From the NCBI GenBank assembly GCA_963664395.2, contig OY761159.2, positions 4,544,001 to 4,608,000 on the forward strand: a DNA stretch of 64,000 nt. Reading direction: 5' to 3'. The notes under the pieces were generated by a model. That model was not told the DNA's origin, did not search any database, and saw only the letters and a program-made list of their open reading frames with translations. Both the position numbers and the translations under genes were made by a program. Position 1 is the first letter of the stretch. Every line of letters starts with the position of its first letter. The DNA comes from Candidatus Binatia bacterium. GTDB lineage: Bacteria > Desulfobacterota > Binatia > Bin18. Positions 10,019-20,254 of this stretch are shown here, in pieces.

Positions 10019-12950
10019 ACTCCCGCCCCACCCGGCCCACGTCATCGATCACGAGAAAACAATTACGTTCACCTTTGCTGGGGAAAGAATCCAGGCACGG
10101 GCGGGCGACACCATCGCCTCTGCTCTCTACGCCGCGGGCCAGCGTATCTTCAGTCGGAGTTTCAAATACCACCGACCGCGCGGACTGTTATGTAGCGCCG
10201 GGCAGTGTCCCAACTGTCTGATGAATGTGGATGGCACACCGAGTGTCCGCACCTGCACCGCACCCGTTCGGCAAGGCATGCGCGTCCAGCCACAAAATGT
10301 GTGGCCCTCGCTCCGGCACGACCTCCTGTCCATTATTGGCAGCTTCGATTGGCTGCTGCCGATTGGCTTCTATTATAAGACCTTTATTCGTCCACGCTTT
10401 CTCTGGCCGTTGGCAGAGAAGTTTCTCCGGCGTGTGGCCGGCCTGGGAGAAATCGATACACAGGCAAAACCAAAAGGCGGCTATGACCACCAGTATCGTC
10501 ACACGGATATTGCGGTTGTCGGCGCTGGGCCGGCCGGTTTAACCGCGGCGTATGAAGCCGCCCGCCTCGGCAGTCAGGTGACGCTGATTGACGACCAGCC
10601 GAAACTCGGGGGTCATTTGCGGTTTCAGACCAGAACCTACGACAACATAGGCGAAGATGGCGGCGAAGATAGCGGATTAACGGGATTCGAGCTGGCCCGG
10701 TCATTACGAGAGAAAGTCACGTCACAGCCGAACCTTGATATTCTTTCATCCGCCACCGTCTTTGGTGGCTATGAAGGCGGGCTGCTGGGAGTGATGCAGG
10801 CCAAGCGACTGATCCATCTGCGCACGAAACGTGTGATTATTGCAACCGGGAGTCACGAGTATCCAGCCGTTTTTCGGAACAATGATTTACCCGGCGTCAT
10901 GCTTGGCAGCGGAGTGCGGCGACTGCTGCACCTGTATGGAGTGAAGCCCGGTACACGCGCAGTTGTTGTCTGCCATGATGAGACAGGTCTGACTCTTGCC
11001 GCTGAGTTGCTCAATGCCGGCATCCGGGTTGCCGCGGTTGTTGACTCTCGCTACAGGCTGCCGGAAGCCCAGGATTCGGTGAAACAGCTCCACCGTAGCG
11101 GCGTCGAGTTGCTCACCTCCTACGCTATTCAAGAAGCCCACGGTAAGGATCACGTTGATGGAGCCCTGGTTGTTCCGCTTGATGCTCGGCAACACCCTTT
11201 TCCGCACGCGAGCCGTTTTATCCCGTGTGATTTGATTTGTCTTTCGACCGACCGGGCTCCGGCGGCGGCCCTGGTGGCGCAGAGTGGGGGCGAACTCCAC
11301 TACGATGAAGCGCTGGGGAAAATGATTCCGCAGCAGCTGCCGCCCCAGGTGTTCTGTGCCGGTGACGTGACCGGCATCAATCATTTGCCCGCTATTCTCG
11401 CCCAAGGACGCCTGGCCGGATTACAGGCCGCTCACAGTCTTCACCTGTCTGACTCACCCGCCCTCCCTGCTCAAACCCAGACTCTCCAACGGGAGCTGAG
11501 TAGGCTTGAGGAAGAGTATCGACACCACTATGAGCCTTATCCTCAACTCAGTCATGTCTGGGAAAAGAAAAAGCAGTTTGTGTGTGTCTGCGAAGACATT
11601 ACCCACACGGACCTTGCTCAGGGCGTGGCCGAGGGCTTTGATGAAGTCGAAACTCTCAAACGCTACAGCACCTTTTCAATGGGGCCGTGTCAGGGCCGCA
11701 TGTGCGCGACTGCGGCCCTGCGTATTTGTGCAAAACAGGCCGGTCGTGCGCTGGCCGCGGCGCGTACTACTACGGCCCGGCCGCCCATTATGCCGGTACC
11801 GCTCGGCGTTCTGGCCGGACGCAACCATCAGCCGGAAAAACACACGCCCCTGCATCATCGCCACATTGCCCTGGGCGCAGAGATGATGCTGTTAGGCAGT
11901 TGGAAACGGCCGTATGCGTATACCGCGCCAAACGAAGAACATCGGGCTGTCCGCGAACGGGTCGGGATCATAGACGTCAGCACCTTGGGAAAACTGGAGG
12001 TCAAGGGCAAGGATGCCGCGCAATTGCTCGATCGCGTCTACACGCATACCTTTTCGACTCTCCGAACCGGACGCATCCGCTACGGTGTGATGTGTGACGA
12101 CAGTGGGATCATTATTGATGATGGCACAGTTTCGCGCCTGGCTGACGACCATTTCTTTTTGACGACCACCACGGGTAATGTCGAATTCGTCGAACAATGG
12201 CTCAAATGGTGGACAGCCGGCACGGACCTGTGCGCGCAGGTGACCAATGTGACCGGTGGGCTGGCGGCCATGAACATCGCCGGCCCGTACGCCAGGCAGG
12301 TGTTCAGTCGGATCACGGATAGTGACCTGTCTTCGGAAGCCTTTCCCTATATGGCCTGCCGGCAGGCCGAAGTGGCGGGGGTGCCGGCGCTGTTGCTGCG
12401 CATCGGCTTTGTCGGAGAGACCGGCTGGGAAATTCATATTCCGGCTGAATGCGGGGAGCAGGTGTGGGACGCGGTCATGGCGGCGGGAGCAGAGTTTCAG
12501 ATTATCCCGTTTGGCGTTGGGGCACAGCGTATTTTACGTTTGGAGAAAAAACATGTCATCGTCGGCCAGGATACCGACGCGCTGTCCAACCCCTTGGAAG
12601 CCGATATGGAATGGGTGGTCAAGTTCAATAAGGACGACTTTATTGGCAAGCGCGGCCTCCAGGCCGTACAGGAACGCGGCCTACGTCAAAAACTGGTGGG
12701 CTTTGCGCTGCGCGACTCGGGTATGGCGGAAGGCGGCCAGGCGGTCGTGCTGAACGGTCAACCGGCCGGCAGGGTCGCCAGCGCGGCATTCAGTCCGGTT
12801 GCCGGGAAATGCGTCGGTCTGGCTTGGGTGCCGATTGAGGTGGCGAGCGGCGATAGTCCGCTTCAGATTCGCATAAACGGAACGCTCGTACAGGCAGATA
12901 TTGTTGACGAAGCCTTCTACGACCCGCAAGGAGAGCGCCTCAGGGGCTAG
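10005..12950 (+). CDS. soxA: Sarcosine oxidase-like / N-methylglutamate dehydrogenase alpha subunit
   Basis: GDTIASAL, SRSFKYHRPRG, VGAGPAGL, LKRYSTFSMGPCQG, and a C-terminal GcvT domain (DVSTLGK, GETGWEI, FYDPQGER). ATG at 10005. Confidence 0.92.
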   Translation: MSTTRLPPHPAHVIDHEKTITFTFAGERIQARAGDTIASALYAAGQRIFSRSFKYHRPRGLLCSAGQCPNCLMNVDGTPSVRTCTAPVRQGMRVQPQNVWPSLRHDLLSIIGSFDWLLPIGFYYKTFIRPRFLWPLAEKFLRRVAGLGEIDTQAKPKGGYDHQYRHTDIAVVGAGPAGLTAAYEAARLGSQVTLIDDQPKLGGHLRFQTRTYDNIGEDGGEDSGLTGFELARSLREKVTSQPNLDILSSATVFGGYEGGLLGVMQAKRLIHLRTKRVIIATGSHEYPAVFRNNDLPGVMLGSGVRRLLHLYGVKPGTRAVVVCHDETGLTLAAELLNAGIRVAAVVDSRYRLPEAQDSVKQLHRSGVELLTSYAIQEAHGKDHVDGALVVPLDARQHPFPHASRFIPCDLICLSTDRAPAAALVAQSGGELHYDEALGKMIPQQLPPQVFCAGDVTGINHLPAILAQGRLAGLQAAHSLHLSDSPALPAQTQTLQRELSRLEEEYRHHYEPYPQLSHVWEKKKQFVCVCEDITHTDLAQGVAEGFDEVETLKRYSTFSMGPCQGRMCATAALRICAKQAGRALAAARTTTARPPIMPVPLGVLAGRNHQPEKHTPLHHRHIALGAEMMLLGSWKRPYAYTAPNEEHRAVRERVGIIDVSTLGKLEVKGKDAAQLLDRVYTHTFSTLRTGRIRYGVMCDDSGIIIDDGTVSRLADDHFFLTTTTGNVEFVEQWLKWWTAGTDLCAQVTNVTGGLAAMNIAGPYARQVFSRITDSDLSSEAFPYMACRQAEVAGVPALLLRIGFVGETGWEIHIPAECGEQVWDAVMAAGAEFQIIPFGVGAQRILRLEKKHVIVGQDTDALSNPLEADMEWVVKFNKDDFIGKRGLQAVQERGLRQKLVGFALRDSGMAEGGQAVVLNGQPAGRVASAAFSPVAGKCVGLAWVPIEVASGDSPLQIRINGTLVQADIVDEAFYDPQGERLRG

Positions 12951-12955
12951 GACAT

Positions 12956-13741
12956 ATGGCAGGTTCATTAGGTCTCCCGCTCATCCGGCGCTCGGCGCTG
13001 CACGCTTTCCATCTCTCGGCCGGTGCCGGTATGGCTGAGAACAATGGCTGGCACTGTCCCGACTCCTACGGTTCGGTTGACGCTGAAGTGCAGGCAGTCT
13101 TTGAACAGGTGGGGCTCAGCGATATCAGTCCCCTGGCCAAGCTCGATATGCAAGGCAATAATGCGTTCGCCGCGCTCGTGCAGTGGCTCTCACCCGATCT
13201 CTCACCTGATCTCTCACTGGGCCTCTCACCTGAGACACTCCCTGGCCGGACTGTCGTTCGAGTCACTCCCCAAGCCCTGCACATTGGCCCGGATACGAGT
13301 GGTCTGCCGGGTGGGCTGGTGTGTTCCCTTGCCAGGAATCACGCGCGGCTCATCTCCTCACCCGGAACCGCCGCTGCAGTCCAATCCCACCTTGAGGCAG
13401 TGACGCAGCCGGCAGCCGCTTCAGCCTGCGTCCACCTGACCGATGTCACCTCGAGTTTTACTGCTGTGCAGATAACTGGCCCGCGCAGCCGAGACTTGTT
13501 GAGGAAGCTCACCGCCTTGGACCTCAGACCAGCCCAATTCCCGGATTTGTCCTGCGCGCAAGGCAGCCTGGCAAACGTCCATGCCCTTGTCATTCGTGCA
13601 GATATACAGACTCATCTTTCCTACCAGGTCTACTATGGACGGGAGTTTGGTGAGTACGTATGGGAAGCCCTGCTGGACGCCGGCCAGGAGTTCGGAGCGC
13701 TCCCGTTCGGCATGGCGGCCCAACGCCAATTACAAGGATAA
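12956..13741 (+). CDS. soxG: Sarcosine oxidase gamma-like / aminomethyltransferase-family subunit
   Basis: RRSALH, LSDISPLAK, LTDVTS, GPRSRDLLRKL, YVWEALLDAG; lies between the alpha and beta genes. Confidence 0.75.
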   Translation: MAGSLGLPLIRRSALHAFHLSAGAGMAENNGWHCPDSYGSVDAEVQAVFEQVGLSDISPLAKLDMQGNNAFAALVQWLSPDLSPDLSLGLSPETLPGRTVVRVTPQALHIGPDTSGLPGGLVCSLARNHARLISSPGTAAAVQSHLEAVTQPAAASACVHLTDVTSSFTAVQITGPRSRDLLRKLTALDLRPAQFPDLSCAQGSLANVHALVIRADIQTHLSYQVYYGREFGEYVWEALLDAGQEFGALPFGMAAQRQLQG

Positions 13742-13744
13742 GCC

Positions 13745-14956
13745 ATGCTACAGCTCTTTCGTACGCAACAGATGTGGCGCCGGCATGACCTGAAAGAGCA
13801 CTATGATGTGGTTATTATCGGGGCCGGCGTGCATGGCCTGGCAACCGCTTATTATCTCGGCAAACAGGGTGTGACGAATGTGGCGGTGGTAGACCGCAGC
13901 TACCTCGGCGGGGGTAACAGTGGCCGCAATACGGCTATCCTCCGCGCGAATTATCGCACGCCTGAAGCGATTCCTTTTTACGATGAGAGCCTGCGCCTGT
14001 ATCAGGAGTTGTCTCAAGAAGTTGACTTTAATGTGCTTTTTTCTCAGGTTGGTCATTTGACTCTGGCCCATACGGACACCGGCGTTGATGGCTTGCGCGT
14101 CCGGGCCGAGGCCAACGCCCTGCTGGACGTGGACAGCCGGCTGATCTTTCCGGACGAGATTCAGCGCCTGGTGCCCGCACTGGATGTCAGCAAAAAGGCC
14201 CATGCCCCCATCCAAGCGGCGCTGTATCATCCTCCGGGCGGTATCATCCGTCATGACGCGGTGGTCTGGGGCTATGCGCGCGGTGCGGACCGGATGGGCA
14301 TAGAAATCCACCCGCATACGGAAGTCCACGCCATTGAAACGGACAACCATCAGATTACCGCCGTCCAAACCAGTCGGGGTCGCATTGCGACCAACACCGT
14401 TGTCAATGCGACCTCGGGCTGGTGTTCAACCGTTGCACGTATGGTGGACGTTGATTTACCCATTGTCTCCCATCCGCTCCAGGCCTGTGTCACCGAGCCG
14501 TTAAAGCCCTTTCTGGACAAGGTCATCGTGTCCGCCACGCTGCACGTGTATGTCAACCAGACCGACCGGGGAGAAGTGGTCATCGGCGCGGAAATCGACC
14601 CCTACCCTTCGTATAATGCGGCCTCGACATTGCCCACTTTGGAGATGATGGCGGCGCATGCCCTGGAGCTGTTCCCGATATTGGAAGAAGCCCGGGTTTT
14701 ACGTCAATGGACCGGCGTCTGCGATATGACACCCGATTTCAGCCCCATTATGGGCAGCGTACCGGAAGTCAAGGGGTTTATTCTGAACGTCGGCTGGGGG
14801 ACGTATGGTTTCAAGGCCGGGCCGGCCGGAGGAAAAACCATAGCCGAACTCATTGTCACCAAGACAACGCCCAAATTGATCGAACCGTTTTCCCCGGCCC
14901 GTTTTTATGCAGATCGTTTAGTCGGAGAGAAAGCCGCGGCCGCAGTGTCGCATTAA
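13745..14956 (+). CDS. soxB: Sarcosine oxidase-like / N-methylglutamate dehydrogenase beta subunit (FAD)
   Basis: YDVVIIGAGVHGLATAYYL, GGGNSGRNT, RHDAVVWGYA, DMTPDFSPI, GWGTYGFKA. Confidence 0.93.
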   Translation: MLQLFRTQQMWRRHDLKEHYDVVIIGAGVHGLATAYYLGKQGVTNVAVVDRSYLGGGNSGRNTAILRANYRTPEAIPFYDESLRLYQELSQEVDFNVLFSQVGHLTLAHTDTGVDGLRVRAEANALLDVDSRLIFPDEIQRLVPALDVSKKAHAPIQAALYHPPGGIIRHDAVVWGYARGADRMGIEIHPHTEVHAIETDNHQITAVQTSRGRIATNTVVNATSGWCSTVARMVDVDLPIVSHPLQACVTEPLKPFLDKVIVSATLHVYVNQTDRGEVVIGAEIDPYPSYNAASTLPTLEMMAAHALELFPILEEARVLRQWTGVCDMTPDFSPIMGSVPEVKGFILNVGWGTYGFKAGPAGGKTIAELIVTKTTPKLIEPFSPARFYADRLVGEKAAAAVSH

Positions 14957-14967
14957 AGGAGGGACTC

Positions 14968-16305
14968 ATGACAACAGTGCAAGACGTGGCAACAATTGTC
15001 CAGGACAACGGCATCGAGTTCTTTCTGTGCTCCTTTGTGGAGATGAGCGGAGCGCCCAAGGCCAAGGTCGTGCCGGCCGTCCATCTCCGGGACATGGCCG
15101 CAGGCAGCGCTGGCTTTGCCGGGTTTGCCGCCGGCAATATGGGCCAGGGCCCGCACGACACCGACATGCTGGCCATGCCGGATTTCAGTAGCCTGGCCAT
15201 CCTCCCCTGGCGTCCCAACGTGGCCTGGGTCGCCAGTGACATCACCGTCGATGACCAGCCCTGGCCCTACTGTCCGCGTACGATTTTACAGCGTCAATTG
15301 GCCACGGCACGAGAGAAAGGCTATGCCCTCAGAACCGGGGTCGAGCCGGAGTTCATTCTGACCCGGCAAAATGAGACTGGCGGTTTTGAACCGCTTGATC
15401 CGCTGGATACGCTCAGCAAACCCTGTTACGACCTGCGCGCCCTGAACCGCAATCTGGATTTCACCACCACGCTGCTGAGCTATATGCAGGGGCTGGGCTG
15501 GGACCCGTACGCCAACGATCACGAGGACGCCAACTGTCAGTTTGAGATCAACTGGACCTTTTCCGACTGCCTGACCACCGCGGACCGGCACACCTTCTTT
15601 CGCTGGATGGTGCGCACAGTGGCCGAGGAACGGGGCAGCATCGCCACCTTCATGCCCAAGCCCTTTTCGCACCTGACCGGCAACGGCTGCCATTTTCACA
15701 CCAGCCTGTGGGACGCGGAGAGCGACGTCAACCTGTTTCTCGACGAGTCGGACGAAAACGGTCTATCCGAGTTGGCCTATCACTTCATCGGCGGCCTCAA
15801 GCACCACGCTCGGGCGATCGCCGCGGTGACGGCACCGATCGTGAATTCCTATAAACGCCTGATTCGCGGCGCTCCTCTCTCCGGGGCAACCTGGGCCCCG
15901 GTCTACGTGACCTATGGGGCTTCAAACCGCACCCAGATGATTCGGATTCCCGGTCCGGGCCGGATAGAAAATCGGACGGTGGACGGCGCGGCCAACCCCT
16001 ATTTAGCCCCGACCGTCATGCTGGCCGCCGGGCTCGACGGCATTGAGCACAAGATGGCAGCCGGGAGTCGCAACGACCGCAATTTGTACGAGGTCCCGGA
16101 AGTAGAGTTGAAAGCCGCAGGCATAGGCTTTCTGCCAACCACCTTAAGCGAAGCGCTTGATGAGCTTGAGCAGGACGAGGTCATCAAAGCGGCTCTCGGA
16201 CGCGAGTATGCCGAGTATTATATCCAGGTGAAGCGCGACGAGTGGAAGAGTTATCACGATTCCGTCTCGCAGTGGGAAGTGGAGAATTATCTGGGGTTGT
16301 ACTGA
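14968..16305 (+). CDS. glnT: Type III glutamate-ammonia ligase / gamma-glutamylmethylamide synthetase (GmaS)
   Basis: PKAKVVP, GAGFAGFA-like motif, DHEDANCQFEIN, FMPKPF, NSYKRL, SGATWAP, NRTQMIR; RBS AAGGAGGG before ATG 14968. Confidence 0.92.
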   Translation: MTTVQDVATIVQDNGIEFFLCSFVEMSGAPKAKVVPAVHLRDMAAGSAGFAGFAAGNMGQGPHDTDMLAMPDFSSLAILPWRPNVAWVASDITVDDQPWPYCPRTILQRQLATAREKGYALRTGVEPEFILTRQNETGGFEPLDPLDTLSKPCYDLRALNRNLDFTTTLLSYMQGLGWDPYANDHEDANCQFEINWTFSDCLTTADRHTFFRWMVRTVAEERGSIATFMPKPFSHLTGNGCHFHTSLWDAESDVNLFLDESDENGLSELAYHFIGGLKHHARAIAAVTAPIVNSYKRLIRGAPLSGATWAPVYVTYGASNRTQMIRIPGPGRIENRTVDGAANPYLAPTVMLAAGLDGIEHKMAAGSRNDRNLYEVPEVELKAAGIGFLPTTLSEALDELEQDEVIKAALGREYAEYYIQVKRDEWKSYHDSVSQWEVENYLGLY

Positions 16306-16498
16306 GTCTACGCCGAGGACAGCCGCCGAGAGACCGGGGAATGGCCTCCCTGGTTACGGTGAATAGGCAAGACTGCACTTCTACTTGCAGTGACGTAGCA
16401 GATGCCCGGCACTCTGGACCAGCGAGCATCTGCTACGTCACCTGTTCTTCATCTTCGTTGTGAATAGTTCTCCAGCATATGACCACAGGAAGGAAGTC

Positions 16499-17479
16499 AT
16501 GCCATCGACTGTCATGTTCATTGGGGTTCTGTTGTTGCTTACAACCCAGGGCTGGGCTACCACATTAGAAAATCCTGCTTCAGGAGCCATCAAGAGTGGA
16601 GTTGGCCTCTTGTCCGGTTGGGTCTGTGAGGCTGATGAGTTGGCAGTGAGTTTTGATGGGGGCGCTCGTCAATTTGTGCCCTACGGATCAGAGCGAGCCG
16701 ACACCCGTTCTGTCTGTGGCGATACGAATAACGGCTTTGGTCTTCTCATTAACTACAATAATCTAGGTGATGGTCCCCATACCGCTACCCTCTATGCTGA
16801 TGGGATAGTTGCTACGCAGGTCCGTTTCACAGTCAAGACGCTCGGCACCGATTTTCTGCGGGGCGCATCGGGTCGGTTTCGTCTCACGGATTTTCCTGAC
16901 GCTGGCAGTTCCGTGGTGATTCTATGGGAAGAAGCTACACAAGGATTTGCGATTATAGACTATACGGAAGGGAGCGAACCACCGGAACCGCCAGCAACCA
17001 GTGGTGTTAGGCAATTCCTTGGGACGTGGCGCTTCACCAATAGTCGCACGACACAGACCTATCGGTTCGGAGAGTGTCCGGCAAATACCGTGGCAAAACC
17101 ATGCGTTGCAGATGTGACACAAAGAACATATTTATGGCCGACATACCTTTTTGAGGGGTTAGATTCTCTTGGGCATAGCTATTATCTCGCTGATGTCGAA
17201 CGCAGTGTGTGCCGGGTATGGCTCTTCTATGAACCAAACGGCAACCGTGTGAACGGTCATTACGGGGATGCGTCTGGGGATTGTCTTTCCCGCTCAACGA
17301 TTGTCTCAATAGTCGAAGATTTAGCGGATAGGCGATATCCCACCACCGGCACCCGTGTCAGTCAATCTGCTGCGAGCCCGACGACCGCAAAAGAAGCGCT
17401 GGAACCCCCTATTCCACCAGAAGCGCAAGAAGCTCTCGAACAGGCCATTGAGGATTCGCTGTTCTTACTAATGGAATAG
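16499..17479 (+). CDS. Secreted protein with a single N-terminal copy of the window's recurrent Cys-containing domain
   Basis: Signal peptide (VLLLLTTQGWA), then LENPASGAIKSGVGLLSGWVCE...CGDTNNGFGLLINYNNLGDGPH; unique C-terminal half. Confidence 0.75.
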   Translation: MPSTVMFIGVLLLLTTQGWATTLENPASGAIKSGVGLLSGWVCEADELAVSFDGGARQFVPYGSERADTRSVCGDTNNGFGLLINYNNLGDGPHTATLYADGIVATQVRFTVKTLGTDFLRGASGRFRLTDFPDAGSSVVILWEEATQGFAIIDYTEGSEPPEPPATSGVRQFLGTWRFTNSRTTQTYRFGECPANTVAKPCVADVTQRTYLWPTYLFEGLDSLGHSYYLADVERSVCRVWLFYEPNGNRVNGHYGDASGDCLSRSTIVSIVEDLADRRYPTTGTRVSQSAASPTTAKEALEPPIPPEAQEALEQAIEDSLFLLME

Positions 17480-17537
17480 GATTGAATAATCCTGAAAAAT
17501 ACGATGGTTAGAAGCGGCTGGGTAACATTGTATATAA

Positions 17538-17600
17538 TTCCCTCCTCGGAGGGGGGCCGCTGAGCGCCTGTCCTGAGCTTGTCGAAGGGGCGGGGTTGGT
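17538..17600. repeat. REP-like composite palindromic element
   Basis: ttccctcctcggagggggg...cctgagcttgtcgaagg...ggggttgg between convergent genes; similar ends at 58591-58632. Confidence 0.55.
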
Positions 17601-17662
17601 TCTTCCTCCTGAAGATGTGAAGCTAAGCCACTGCTCTAAGGCGCGACAGATTGACTCGCGCC

Positions 17663-18997
17663 TCACCCCGCATTTCGCCACCCGCCCCACAGCAAGGCGG
17701 CGAAGCCAGCAAGGACGGTCACCGCGACAAAACTCCACGCATACCCTTGGGCAATCAGCAGCGGCGCGAACGACACCAAGCCGACTTCCAGCGGCGCTAC
17801 GAACAGATAGGCGCGGGCGAACGGGTCCAGAATCTCCGACTCGTCGCGCGGATCGACCACGCGCAGCAGCGCCAGGGCGAGGGCCATCACGCCGGTCACC
17901 CAGCCCCAAGTGAACAGCGCCTTTTCAAACCAGAGGTCACGGAAGATGCGCGGGCCACCGACATAGAACACCGCCCAGCACAGCGCCAGACCAAAGACAA
18001 ACAGCGCCAGCAGCGGTAACGCGTGGCGGGCCACGACCTCAAGACTGACCGCGGCGATGCCGCACACGACCAGCACATCGGTGAGCGCGCCGCTCAGCCG
18101 TAGCATGATCGTGCGGTCAACCGTGTCTGCGAACCGCAGGCGGGTGCACAGCCATCTGAGACCAAAGCCGCACACGAACGCCAGACAGAAGCTCGGCGGA
18201 CGGTAAGCCCCCAGATACACGCTACCCAAACCGGTCAGCAGGTAACCGCCAAAAGCCGCCGTGACAACGAGCGCGACATGGAAAATCAACGGGTCGAGCG
18301 CCAGGGGCGAGAGGGTTTCGTAGCCGAGCGGACGGCGCCGGGTGTCGGGCACGCGACCGGTACGAAACTCGTCGGGCAGGTCGTCAAAGCGGGCCAGAAA
18401 CCGGGTCGTGCCGTTTCGAGCCGCCCACTGTACCCACAGCATACCGCCGACCACCGCGCTCAGAATGCCGACGGTGGCCGAGGTCATGGCTAAGGCACCG
18501 GCCTCGGACCAGCTTTGCTCACCCAGGCCGTTAAAGGCCGCGCCCAGCGCCGCAGCCGTGCCGTGTCCGCCCACAAACCCGCTGGCGAGTATGGTTCCGA
18601 AGCCGCGCGGTAAATCCGGCCAGACGAAGGACAGCACGGTCAGGCTGAACAGGACGCCCAGCCCCCATTGGAGCAGGACGATGGCGGCCGAATACGACCC
18701 AAGCTCGGCAGCCCGCCGTGACCCGGTCTCCCCGCTGACAGACCGGGAGGTGAACGGCAAAGCGGCAAACACCAGCGTGATCAAGACGCTGGGGTATTGC
18801 GGCAACAGGGGCGAAAACGGCAGTATATCGAGCCCATTTGGTCCACACGCCAAGCCGCCGAACCCGGCAATCACGCTGGCCGGAAGAAACAGCCGCTGCG
18901 CCCACACGGACGCAGTCCGAATTGCGAATCCGATTAAGAGCAGGACCGAGACACAGCCCAGGTCAATAAATACGCTCCAGGCGTCAATAGCTGGCAT
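17663..18997 (-). CDS. Sodium/glutamate symporter family protein (GltS-like)
   Basis: Multiple TM helices; FLPASVIAG, GFVGGHGTAAA, TSATVG motifs; start at MPAIDAW (18997). Confidence 0.85.
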   Translation of the reverse strand: MPAIDAWSVFIDLGCVSVLLLIGFAIRTASVWAQRLFLPASVIAGFGGLACGPNGLDILPFSPLLPQYPSVLITLVFAALPFTSRSVSGETGSRRAAELGSYSAAIVLLQWGLGVLFSLTVLSFVWPDLPRGFGTILASGFVGGHGTAAALGAAFNGLGEQSWSEAGALAMTSATVGILSAVVGGMLWVQWAARNGTTRFLARFDDLPDEFRTGRVPDTRRRPLGYETLSPLALDPLIFHVALVVTAAFGGYLLTGLGSVYLGAYRPPSFCLAFVCGFGLRWLCTRLRFADTVDRTIMLRLSGALTDVLVVCGIAAVSLEVVARHALPLLALFVFGLALCWAVFYVGGPRIFRDLWFEKALFTWGWVTGVMALALALLRVVDPRDESEILDPFARAYLFVAPLEVGLVSFAPLLIAQGYAWSFVAVTVLAGFAALLWGGWRNAG

Positions 18998-19093
18998 AGG
19001 TATTTTTGCTGCTGCCTTCTGGCGCTTGGCTCTCGCCCCACCACCACGTAGTATCACGGCCCGAAGGCCGCTCACACGGCGTGCAATACGGAT

Positions 19094-20254
19094 ATGCAGC
19101 ACCTCATCTTTATCCCAGGTTTTTACGGAACGCGACTCGTCCAAACAGGTGATCGGAAAATCGTCTGGCTCTCGGCCTGGCAGGCTCTGTTCGGTTCAAA
19201 GACAGCAGCACGCACCGGCTTTGGAGTGGCTGGGGAAAGAGCACTGGTTCCCGGCACAGTGCTGGACCGTATTCCCGTCATACCCGGTATCTATGCCAGG
19301 GATGTGTACGGCGCATTTCTCAGCGAACTCCGGGCCAGACCAGTGACACGCGGGTCGTCCACCCGCATCCACCTTTTCGCCTACGATTGGCGCGAGGACT
19401 ATTTTACGGCGGTGAAACAACTGGCCCGGCTGGTCTCCGAGCTGAAGCACCAGGGCGCTGCGTCAATTGCCATTATCGCCCATAGCTTGGGCGGGCTCAT
19501 CACCAGCTATTATTTGCGCTATGGACCCCAGGCTCCCGAAGAAGCCGTCGAAACCTGGGAAGGAGCAAGCCATATAGACAAGGTTGTTCTCGCTGCCGTT
19601 CCGTTCAAAGGTTCCATGACCGCGTTACATGATATGAAACACGGGGCAACATTCGGCCTCAACACCACGCTGATTAAGGCGCATGCTTTTGCCACTTTCA
19701 CAGCGGCCTATGAGATGATGCCCACGTACGCGCCGGTTCTGCTCGATGGAGGGCTCAATCCTCTCCCCCATACTCTGTATGAAAGCGACCTGTGGCAACG
19801 CTATGGCTGGGGCTTCTTGGATACGGCAACGCCGGTGTCGGAACAGACTATGCAAAAAAGATTCGCCTTGGTGACAGCGGCGTTACACACAGGCAGGAAA
19901 CTGTATGAACGACTTCACGCTCCGCTGGAGCACTCGCCTCACCTGTCAACGCAGATGCTGTACGCATTTGCCACGTCGCATCCGACGCTTGCACGGGCGG
20001 TGCTGCTCGACGCCGAGCCTGCTCCGACCTTGCTTTTCCGCAGGGACGAATTTGCCAAGCACCTTCCACAACAGCCGTACCGAGCCCTGTTTGAAGATGG
20101 GGATGAGACGGTCAGTGTTCAGTCGGCCCAATTACCCGTGGCATTTAAGCACGCCCTGGTAAAAGTGACTGAACGTCACAGTCAGGCTGTGCATTCTCAG
20201 ATATTGAACGACCGTGCAATCAGGGACAGCATCTTCGCATTTTTAGATGCCTAA
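19094..20254 (+). CDS. Alpha/beta-hydrolase, lipase/acyltransferase (LCAT-like) family
   Basis: FIPGFYGTRL, FAYDWR, IAHSLGG nucleophile elbow, DGDETV, His near the C-terminus. Confidence 0.85.
   Translation: MQHLIFIPGFYGTRLVQTGDRKIVWLSAWQALFGSKTAARTGFGVAGERALVPGTVLDRIPVIPGIYARDVYGAFLSELRARPVTRGSSTRIHLFAYDWREDYFTAVKQLARLVSELKHQGAASIAIIAHSLGGLITSYYLRYGPQAPEEAVETWEGASHIDKVVLAAVPFKGSMTALHDMKHGATFGLNTTLIKAHAFATFTAAYEMMPTYAPVLLDGGLNPLPHTLYESDLWQRYGWGFLDTATPVSEQTMQKRFALVTAALHTGRKLYERLHAPLEHSPHLSTQMLYAFATSHPTLARAVLLDAEPAPTLLFRRDEFAKHLPQQPYRALFEDGDETVSVQSAQLPVAFKHALVKVTERHSQAVHSQILNDRAIRDSIFAFLDA

Noticed and set aside
14707-14967. N-terminal extensions given by the ORF track (also 41878, 29028, 41008, 57850, 19144)
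   Set aside because: They overlap neighbouring genes or precede the family start; downstream ATGs match the family N-termini, several with a clear RBS
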